From Thermodesulfobacteriota bacterium (GTDB lineage Bacteria > Desulfobacterota_D > UBA1144 > Nemesobacterales > N074bin48): 34,858 bases of DNA. Positions 27,676 to 34,858 of the stretch are shown piece after piece. Each line of letters opens with the position of its first letter. Within the stretch, counting starts at the first letter, position 1. The position numbers and the translations under genes were made by a program. Under the pieces are notes generated by a model. The model saw nothing but the letters and a program-made list of their open reading frames with translations. It did no database searches and was not told the DNA's origin. The stretch is from NCBI GenBank assembly GCA_041572575.1, contig JBFFSH010000023.1, positions 1-34,858 on the forward strand. The letters are read 5' to 3'.

Positions 27676-28611
27676 ATGATAGTTAAAGAAATAGAGATAT
27701 CAGATATAGATATTTCTAATCCCAAATATTTAATTTTGTACAACAATATTTCAAATGAGTTATTTAATTCCATAAAAAGCATTGGAATTATTAACCCCCC
27801 AATTATCGTTAAAAGCGATAATAAATACATTGTCCTGACTGGTTTTAAACGTTTTAGTGTTTGCAAAGAACTGGGATTAAAAACTGTACTTTGTAAAGTA
27901 ATAGATGAAAATGAAATTTCTTTTGATAAATGTATTAAAATAATTTATGAAGACAATAGAGATAGATTTACGGATATTGAAATAGGGCAACTTTGTAAAA
28001 AATATATTTATCACGGAAATGATGTTAAAAAATTCCTGGAATTAATTGGTTATCCTACCTCTGAAAAGAATATTCAAAGATTTACGTATTTATCGAATTT
28101 GAATGAGAGAATCTTAGAATATTATATAGAAGAGAGGTTAAATCCTGAGCAATGTTTTTTACTTTCCCAAATCAATACAGAAAATGCTTTACTGATTTTA
28201 AACAAAGTTCTTCTTCCTTTCAGGTTTAACACAAATGAAACAAGAGAGTTCTTAACTGAATTGAATGATATTTCTATAAGAGACGACATATCTATTGCTC
28301 ATATTATTGAAAACACACTAAAAAGTCAGGAAAAGATTAATAAAAACGATATCAGGCTTTGTATTAAGAAATTAAGGAGTCCAAAACTTATTGAAGTTGA
28401 AAAAGAATATCATAAAATTATTAAGAGTCTTAAGCTTCCCAAAAGTGTTCAAATCAGCTATTCACCATATTTTGAAAGTAACTACATTGAGGTAAAAGCA
28501 AAAATAGATGGAAAGGATAAGCTAAATGAATTAAAAACCTTTATCGGCAATGAAGATAGCTTTAAGAGATTGATAGAATTAATAAGCTTAGTGAGGGGAG
28601 AACGAAATTAG
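27676..28611 (+). CDS. ParB/Sulfiredoxin N-terminal domain protein
   Basis: L.NSIKSIGIINPPIIV...YIVLTGFKR...CKELG; helical C-terminal part. Confidence 0.8.
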   Translation: MIVKEIEISDIDISNPKYLILYNNISNELFNSIKSIGIINPPIIVKSDNKYIVLTGFKRFSVCKELGLKTVLCKVIDENEISFDKCIKIIYEDNRDRFTDIEIGQLCKKYIYHGNDVKKFLELIGYPTSEKNIQRFTYLSNLNERILEYYIEERLNPEQCFLLSQINTENALLILNKVLLPFRFNTNETREFLTELNDISIRDDISIAHIIENTLKSQEKINKNDIRLCIKKLRSPKLIEVEKEYHKIIKSLKLPKSVQISYSPYFESNYIEVKAKIDGKDKLNELKTFIGNEDSFKRLIELISLVRGERN

Positions 28612-28627
28612 ATCTAAAATTAGGTAT

Positions 28628-28661
28628 AAAAAAAGGTGACTATAATAGTCACCTTTTTTTT
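28628..28661. terminator. Bidirectional intrinsic terminator
   Basis: A7-GGTGACTA-TAA-TAGTCACC-T tract between convergent genes. Confidence 0.92.
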
Positions 28662-28688
28662 GTTGTTGTTTTTATATACTAAACTAGA

Positions 28689-29021
28689 TTACCATCTAGG
28701 GTTATCTTTTAGCCACTGATCAAGGTCATATGGTGGCTCCCAGTCTTCATATACGCTAACTTTAAATTTCTGTTTAGGATATATTAAGTTTGGGTTACTA
28801 ATCTGATAATCATTCTTGTTATAAATTTCTCTCCACTCCCTTGGGTTTAGCTGATAATAAGCGGAAAGTAAATGAAGTTCTTCACCGTGCTGAACTATAT
28901 GTTCTTTTACAATTTTGCTAGGCATCTGCCCCGGGCCTGTGGTAATATCATAAGAACCAGCAAATGATACACCTGTGAAAAGGAAACTAGATATTATTAA
29001 ACCGTATATATAAGATTTCAT
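28689..29021 (-). CDS. Small secreted LysM-domain protein
   Basis: Signal peptide ending SFA; HIVQHGEELHLLS..Y....W.EIY..N...I.NPNLIYP.Q; GGAGGA RBS. Confidence 0.85.
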   Translation of the reverse strand: MKSYIYGLIISSFLFTGVSFAGSYDITTGPGQMPSKIVKEHIVQHGEELHLLSAYYQLNPREWREIYNKNDYQISNPNLIYPKQKFKVSVYEDWEPPYDLDQWLKDNPRW

Positions 29022-29125
29022 TATTTGAATATCCTCCGCTTATTTAAAATATGTAATTATTTTACTACATTTTTTCAAAATGTTAAATTAATTTATTAAG
29101 TTTTCTAAAAAAACTACTTTAAGTT

Positions 29126-29575
29126 ATGAAAATAGTAATACAAAGAGTAAAACAAGCAAAAGTTAAAGTCAATAGTGAGATAATTGGAAATATTCAACAG
29201 GGGCTGTTGATTTTAGTGGGTGCAGAGAATGATGATGATAGCTCGGATATACAATATTTGGTATCTAAAGTACTAAATTTAAGGATATTTGAGGATGAAA
29301 ATTCTAAAATGAATCTTTCTGTATTAGACATAAAAGGCGAGATTTTAGCAGTTTCTCAGTTTACGCTTCTTGGAGACTGCACAAAGGGCAGAAGACCTTC
29401 ATTTGATAAAGCTGCTAAAGGACAGGATGCTTTAAGTTTGTATGAACAATTTGTTTCAGAACTCAAGAAATCAGATTTAAATATACAAACCGGGAAATTT
29501 GGAGCACATATGCAGGTAGAGCTTATAAATGATGGTCCTGTTACTTTTGTTTTGAATAGTAGAAAGATTATTTAA
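29126..29575 (+). CDS. dtd: D-aminoacyl-tRNA deacylase
   Basis: MKIVIQRV, LRIFED, SQFTL, KGRRPSF, FGAHMQV, NDGPVT. Confidence 0.97.
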   Translation: MKIVIQRVKQAKVKVNSEIIGNIQQGLLILVGAENDDDSSDIQYLVSKVLNLRIFEDENSKMNLSVLDIKGEILAVSQFTLLGDCTKGRRPSFDKAAKGQDALSLYEQFVSELKKSDLNIQTGKFGAHMQVELINDGPVTFVLNSRKII

Positions 29576-29679
29576 AAACTATATTACTTTATGTATTTAT
29601 GGTTTGAAAATATTTAAAATAAAAGACAATCTCAGTTTAATGTTCATTGACACTCTAGTGTATTAAAGGATTATTTTTT

Positions 29680-32349
29680 ATGTATTTCATTATTTATTTC
29701 TTATTTACTTTATCTGGGTTTATTGCTTTAATCTATGAATCTACCTGGTCACATTATTTAAAACTGCTTTTAGGACATTCGTCATATGGTCAAATCCTTA
29801 CTCTTTGCATATTTATTGGTGGTTTGGGTCTAGGAGCATTTATTGCTGGTAAATTTGTTAAACGTCTAAAGAATCCTCTTTATTCTTATGCAATATTAGA
29901 GTTGTTTATTGGAATTGGGGGTTTTCTTTACCATGATACATATATAATAGTATCTAATTTTTATTATTATTTAATTTCGTCCTTTGCTATTTCTCCATTC
30001 TTTGCAGGTTTATTAAAAATAACACTGTTAACTCTAATTACCTCTCCAATTGCGATTGTTATAGGGATGACATTTCCATTTCTTTGTGTTGGGTTAATGC
30101 GGTTAGAGCAAGATCGTGGTAAAAGTACACTTTCAAGGCTTTATTTTACAAATTCCCTTGGCGCAGCAATCGGTATTATGGTGACTTCTTTTATATTTAT
30201 TCCAAATTTAGGAACAGTTGGGTCTCTTATTATTGCTGGTACAGGAAACATATTACTTGCTGTAAGCTTTTTTATATTATCAAAAAAAGTAAAAAGTAAA
30301 ATAGCGAATGATACTTTTGAAAAAGGCGCTGATTTACTTTACGGAGATCAAAAATTAGCTAACAACTTTATATTGATTATATGGCTAACAATTGCTTTTT
30401 TAACTGGTTTATCTTCCTTTATTTATGAAATTGGCTGGCTTCGAATTATTAGCATGTTAATAGGCTCAACTACTCATTCTTTTGATATCATGGTTTCCAC
30501 ATTTATTTTAGGGCTTGCTATAGGTGGTTATTTTGCAAAAAGATTGTTGTATAAATATAAAAATATTCCTACTACGCTTGCATATGTGCAAGTCCTCCTC
30601 GGTTCGTTTGCAATGTTTAGTATCTACATATCAAATTACTTATTTGAATTAGTAAGTAAAGTTAGTGATATACTGCCCAGAACAGAATCTACATATTACA
30701 TATATATATTATTTAAATATATAGTGTGTTTAATTCTTGTTTTACCAGCAAGCTTATTTGCTGGAATGACTCTACCTATAATCACATACTATCTAAACAA
30801 TTTTACAAAGAATGAACAATTCACTGGGTCTGTTTATGGATGGAACACAATAGGAGCAATTGTTGGAGCAGCTTTAGCAGGATTGTTGATATTACCTTTG
30901 TTCCAATTGAAATTTACAATAGCAACAGGGGCCATTATTGATATTATCTTGGGGCTTGCATTGCTGTTTGTTTATCAAGTAAATAGGTCTAGAATCCTAG
31001 TTGCAGTTGTATTTAGCTTGTTTGTAATTATTCCGGTTTTTTTTCAAAACCTTGATAAGTCATTATTGGTATCAGGGGTTTTCAGGCAAAATATGCAATT
31101 TAATGATGAGGATGAAATAATTGTAAAAGATGGTAAAACAGCAACCGTTTCCATAGTTAAAAAAAACAATGGAATATTGCTTCGTTCAAATGGTAGAGGT
31201 GAAGCAGCTGTGTCGAAATCTAACGAGCCATATCATGCTGAATATCATCAGGCCGCACCAGCGTTTATAGCAATGTCTCTATTTAATAATACATATAATG
31301 CTGCAATGATTGGTATGGGTAGTGGTATGACAGCGCACTATTTGCTTGGTGATCCATTGTTAAGGCAACTTGATGTTTATGAGATAGAAGAGCAGTTTTA
31401 TCATTTATCTAAACATTTCTTGCCATACAATCATAGAGCATATAATGATAATAGAATAAGTTTTATTTTCGATGATGCTAGAACTTATATCCAGAGTACA
31501 AAAAAGAAATATGATCTAATACTATCTCAACCATCTGTATTATGGGTTAGTGGCGTACAGAGTTTGTTTACTGAGCAATTCTATGGCCAGGTAAAGGAGA
31601 TATTAAAGCCAAATGGTGCGTTGGTTCAATGGCTTCAGTTATTCGAAATAGATTCAAATACACTTTTTATAGTGCTTAAAACTATAAACCATGTTTTTCC
31701 GGATTCTAAAATCTATATTAACAGTGGTACACAGTCTATAATTATAGTGGCTTCTAATGGTAAAAATATTAAAATAAATGATAAACCATTCGAATATATA
31801 GATTCTATCAAAAATGATATAAATAGATTTAGTAATCAAACAAATTATTTTACTAATTCAACCTATATAATTTCTACAAATAGTCTAAAACTGTTATTGG
31901 ACAATTATCAGTCAAACTCTGACTATTACCCTAAAATTGAAAGCGAATCAGAAAAGAATATGTTTCTCGAAAAAACAACTAATCTTGGTATGTTAATAAA
32001 TTCATTGTTCTATTATCAAGAAATATTAGAGCCTGAACTATTTTCAGAACATCTTAAACAAAGACTAAATAAACAGTCATCCTATAAATTAAACGAAAAC
32101 AAATTAAATTATTTAAATAATCTGATTAACAATTCAAATTCTGATGTTAACTGGAAGTTAATAAACAAACTATTTCATGAACTTGTACCATTTAGTATGC
32201 TTAGAGGTAAGTGGAATGAGCTCGAAACTGTAGATTTAATTCTACAACACAAAACTTTTTTAGATAAATATGTAAAAAATAATGAAGAGTTAAATAAGGA
32301 AGAAAAAATATTGCTAAATTACCTAGGTATGCAATTAAAAAATAATTAA
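29680..32349 (+). CDS. Fused multi-TM / spermidine-synthase-like SAM-binding protein
   Basis: SGF.ALIYE..W repeated twice, LYFTNSLGA / VYGWNTIGA, about 13 TMs, IGMGSGMT, EIE, DDAR, SLFTEQFY..L.PNG...QW. Confidence 0.88.
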   Translation: MYFIIYFLFTLSGFIALIYESTWSHYLKLLLGHSSYGQILTLCIFIGGLGLGAFIAGKFVKRLKNPLYSYAILELFIGIGGFLYHDTYIIVSNFYYYLISSFAISPFFAGLLKITLLTLITSPIAIVIGMTFPFLCVGLMRLEQDRGKSTLSRLYFTNSLGAAIGIMVTSFIFIPNLGTVGSLIIAGTGNILLAVSFFILSKKVKSKIANDTFEKGADLLYGDQKLANNFILIIWLTIAFLTGLSSFIYEIGWLRIISMLIGSTTHSFDIMVSTFILGLAIGGYFAKRLLYKYKNIPTTLAYVQVLLGSFAMFSIYISNYLFELVSKVSDILPRTESTYYIYILFKYIVCLILVLPASLFAGMTLPIITYYLNNFTKNEQFTGSVYGWNTIGAIVGAALAGLLILPLFQLKFTIATGAIIDIILGLALLFVYQVNRSRILVAVVFSLFVIIPVFFQNLDKSLLVSGVFRQNMQFNDEDEIIVKDGKTATVSIVKKNNGILLRSNGRGEAAVSKSNEPYHAEYHQAAPAFIAMSLFNNTYNAAMIGMGSGMTAHYLLGDPLLRQLDVYEIEEQFYHLSKHFLPYNHRAYNDNRISFIFDDARTYIQSTKKKYDLILSQPSVLWVSGVQSLFTEQFYGQVKEILKPNGALVQWLQLFEIDSNTLFIVLKTINHVFPDSKIYINSGTQSIIIVASNGKNIKINDKPFEYIDSIKNDINRFSNQTNYFTNSTYIISTNSLKLLLDNYQSNSDYYPKIESESEKNMFLEKTTNLGMLINSLFYYQEILEPELFSEHLKQRLNKQSSYKLNENKLNYLNNLINNSNSDVNWKLINKLFHELVPFSMLRGKWNELETVDLILQHKTFLDKYVKNNEELNKEEKILLNYLGMQLKNN

Positions 32350-32404
32350 TAATATAAAATTTAGTTTATTATTATGTTTAATTTATATTTAAAGGAGAAA
32401 ACCA

Positions 32405-32656
32405 ATGTTATTTGTAATCACACAGACTCATGCGCCGGAATCATGTCCAAAGGATGAAGGGGGATCGAAGACGCTTTATAATGCAGATGCGGAGGGTATA
32501 GAATTAAAAGCAATGTATGGAGCGTTTGCTGAACATGTGATCTACTATGTAGTTGAGGCTGATAGTCAGGATGCTCTTCACAAATTTCTTCTACCTGGTT
32601 TTAAACGCTGCGACTGTACTGTTACTCCCGTGGCAGAAGAAGCAATTGTGAAATGA
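32405..32656 (+). CDS. Small hypothetical protein, possibly a DUF3303-like alpha-beta barrel
   Basis: AAGGAG RBS; H.PESCP motif, H..YYVVEA, VTPV. Confidence 0.7.
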   Translation: MLFVITQTHAPESCPKDEGGSKTLYNADAEGIELKAMYGAFAEHVIYYVVEADSQDALHKFLLPGFKRCDCTVTPVAEEAIVK

Positions 32657-32662
32657 GTGTTA

Positions 32663-34003
32663 TTAAATCTTATAGGCACAGTGCTCTATTAATTTTGTAA
32701 AATCTTTGCCCCATTCATTTTGCCATTTTTCTATAATTTTATCGGCAGGGCAGATGCCATTGTTAACATCTTGTTCTATGCCGCTTAGATAAATAGATTC
32801 GTTTTCACCAAGCTCATTCTTTATATCTTGTTTTATTAGGCCGGTTTTGGCAATATTAATAAGTTCTTCGGCAAGCTCACGAAGAGATTTGTGCCTGCTT
32901 ATAGATTGAAGTGCATACTTATGAGCTGAATTATAGGCTTTAACCCGTTCCTCCCAACTCCAATTAGCAACTAATTTCCATGCTGCATCAAGTGACACAG
33001 TATCATAAAAAATCCCCTTGATCATAACAGGAACTGCAAGCATGTTCTCGTATGGCTGACTGTCAAAACATCTGATTTCTATATATTTTTTCATCCTAAC
33101 CTCTGGAAAAAGCGTAGAAATGTGTAGTTCCCAGTCCTCAGGTGTAGCTATGTGGCCATCATGACCTTTATCTAAAAAATGACGGAAGGTGATACCCGTC
33201 ATGTTCTTTAGCTGTCCGTCACGCAGCACAAAGTACATCCCTGCATCAAGTGCATAATCAGTATAAGATTCAAATATCGGTTTATCTTCAAAAGGAAATG
33301 ACAAAATACCACACCTGTCATTATCAGTATCTGTCCATACATGCCCTCTATAGGACTTATAGCCATTGAGCTTTCCCTCTAATATAGGAGAGTTGGCAAA
33401 TATGGAATAAAAAACAGGAACTAATCCCATTGCAGTTTTAAATTTTTTCTTTGCGTCTGCTTCGTCCGAATAGTCTATGCTTATCTGAATAGCCGATGAC
33501 TGCTTCATCATTCTGTGCCCAAGAGTGCCTACTTCATTCATATAAGGATACATAATGTCATATCTTGGTTTTGGAATAAGCTCAATTTCATCAAGAGAGC
33601 TCAGAGGCTGTAGAGCATTGTTTATAAACTTTATGTTAAGCTTATCTCCCACTTCCAATAACTCTTTGAAATGATCATCTATTTCATGTTTTATGGAATG
33701 TACAGAGCTATGCTGTTTTCCTGATAGTTCAACCTGACTTCCGGGTTCAAGTGTAATGCTGGATTCTTTATCGTGTAAGGCAATGATGTGACCATCATTT
33801 AGTTCAGGACTGTACTTAGTGTTGTTGCTAAGATGAATAAGAGCTTGTTCTATACCCCTTTGCCCGGAATAACTGCAAGCCTTTGCCGATTCAGGGTAAA
33901 CACCAAGTGACTCATATTCTGAGCCAAGTTTCCAGACCGAAGATGGTTTGCAACCATCTTCAAAATATTTAGTTAGTGAAGACTTATCCAGCTTATTGCC
34001 TAT
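32663..34003 (-). CDS. gshA: Glutamate--cysteine ligase (plant/alphaproteobacterial GCS2 type); probable ATA start
   Basis: PKPRY..M, FANSP, R..VWTDTD..R.G, HISTLFPEVR.K.YIE.R; frame stays open 115 codons upstream of the tracked ORF and encodes YFEDGCKP..W.LGSEYE and ITLEPGSQVELSG. Confidence 0.9.
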   Translation of the reverse strand: MGNKLDKSSLTKYFEDGCKPSSVWKLGSEYESLGVYPESAKACSYSGQRGIEQALIHLSNNTKYSPELNDGHIIALHDKESSITLEPGSQVELSGKQHSSVHSIKHEIDDHFKELLEVGDKLNIKFINNALQPLSSLDEIELIPKPRYDIMYPYMNEVGTLGHRMMKQSSAIQISIDYSDEADAKKKFKTAMGLVPVFYSIFANSPILEGKLNGYKSYRGHVWTDTDNDRCGILSFPFEDKPIFESYTDYALDAGMYFVLRDGQLKNMTGITFRHFLDKGHDGHIATPEDWELHISTLFPEVRMKKYIEIRCFDSQPYENMLAVPVMIKGIFYDTVSLDAAWKLVANWSWEERVKAYNSAHKYALQSISRHKSLRELAEELINIAKTGLIKQDIKNELGENESIYLSGIEQDVNNGICPADKIIEKWQNEWGKDFTKLIEHCAYKI

Positions 34004-34060
34004 GATGATTCCCTTTATATTTTAATTAAGAATGAAACACAAGATTATTTACATATAAAA

Positions 34061-34648
34061 TTAGAATTTACTGAACAATAATGAACACCAATCATCATCA
34101 GTCAAGATTTTTTTAAACTCCGTATTAAGTTTAGTAAGTTTATCAATAATCACTTCTTTTTCATTAATTCTAATTCCTGATAATATTAAATATCCTTTAA
34201 CGTTTACTCTGGATACAAGATCATCAGCAATTTTTAAAATTTGATCTGTAAGTATATTAGCTAATACCAGATCGAATCTGTCTTCGATATCATTTATTTT
34301 AGTATTTTGAACAGTGATTTGGGCGGAATAACCATTCTTGTCAACATTTTTTCTTGCCTCTCCAATTACAGTTGGCTCAATATCAACAGCTAAAGCATTC
34401 TTGGCACCAAGGGCAATAGTCGATATAGCCAGTATCGCGCTTCCGCACCCAACATCTAGGACATTTTTCAATATTCTTTCTTCATATATCTGCTCTATCA
34501 TTTTTAGACAAAGCCTAGTAGTAAAATGACTACCTGTACCAAATGCATATCCTGACTCAATGGTTATGCTTTTAGTATTCCCACCCGGTAGCGATAAAGG
34601 AACTTGTACAGTTTCTGCATGATATTCAAATACAGGTTGTCTATTCAT
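34061..34648 (-). CDS. prmA: PrmA-like SAM-dependent methyltransferase (catalytic domain only)
   Basis: AFGTGSHFTT.LCL, VLDVGCGSAILAI, FDLVLANIL, LILSGI; only 195 aa. Confidence 0.75.
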   Translation of the reverse strand: MNRQPVFEYHAETVQVPLSLPGGNTKSITIESGYAFGTGSHFTTRLCLKMIEQIYEERILKNVLDVGCGSAILAISTIALGAKNALAVDIEPTVIGEARKNVDKNGYSAQITVQNTKINDIEDRFDLVLANILTDQILKIADDLVSRVNVKGYLILSGIRINEKEVIIDKLTKLNTEFKKILTDDDWCSLLFSKF

Positions 34649-34723
34649 ATTTCTTTGATATAGATTGTCATAAAGAATTAAAATATATTTACTGTTTTAT
34701 TAATAATTGCTAGTATAATTTTA

Positions 34724-34858
34724 GGAGCTCGCATAGGACAGCAAAGTATACTAAGCTGAAACTATGCAAAAGAAGTTACTTAAGAATACAAAACTATCAA
34801 ATAGTAAGATAAGCAAGCTAATACAAATGTTTGTATTGGAAGTGCCGGCATGTAAAGC
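34724..34858 (+). mobile_element. Left end of a probable IS1595-family (IS1016-group) insertion sequence
   Basis: GGAGCTCGCATAGGACAGC resembles IS1016-group GGGGCT..C.TAG termini; abrupt end of AT-rich DNA; transposase-like ORF follows. Confidence 0.6.
34764..34858 (+). CDS. N-terminus of a probable IS1016-like transposase (partial)
   Basis: MQKKLLKNTKLSNSKISKLIQMFVLEVPACKA resembles the IS1016 N-terminal KL......KL...FVLEV.A..A pattern; open to the window edge. Confidence 0.65.
   Translation, partial: MQKKLLKNTKLSNSKISKLIQMFVLEVPACK

Noticed and set aside
22530..29575. Dedicated D-amino-acid module (alr plus dtd)
   Set aside because: Both are common housekeeping genes, separated by a terminator and a divergent gene.
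33656..34003. gshA as a frameshifted pseudogene
   Set aside because: The upstream region is in the same frame with no stop or shift; only a standard start codon is missing.
4064..34529. Remaining short nested or antisense ORFs in the track (e.g. 4064-4363, 11111-11383, 16150-16455, 25301-25603, 34338-34529)
   Set aside because: All lie within confidently assigned genes and show no independent RBS or motif.

Overview
AT-rich (roughly 30% GC by eye) chromosomal segment of a diderm bacterium (OM porin, MCE transporter, UbiE/MenG, plant/alphaproteobacterial-type GshA); a Desulfobacterota/Dadabacteria-like host is only a guess. The left ~12 kb is an accessory-looking stretch of secreted, membrane and redox/light-stress genes: DM13, FMN-binding glutamate-synthase-like protein, a His/Tyr/Lys-rich secreted protein, DUF2237, an animal-type heme peroxidase, an FAD oxidoreductase, a photolyase-family protein and a fasciclin. 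The rest is mostly housekeeping (ubiE/menG, metF, MFS, VWA, alr, mlaEFD, ParB-like, LysM, dtd, gshA, prmA-like) and ends in the left end of a probable IS1595-family element. Best leads: (1) a compact flavinylation module (ApbE, porin, SGAT FMN-binding protein, 4-TM HFH protein) with a duplicated promoter and a 17-bp internal hairpin; (2) a photolyase with the plant-cryptochrome Asp at the FAD-N5 position, flanked by CarH-like 11-bp repeats; (3) an MCE operon led by a ~20x aromatic-Pro repeat protein with no MlaA/B/C; (4) two conserved genes (mlaD, gshA) that appear to start at ATA behind good Shine-Dalgarno sites. All family calls are from motif recognition, not database searches. No rRNA, tRNA or CRISPR array was seen.
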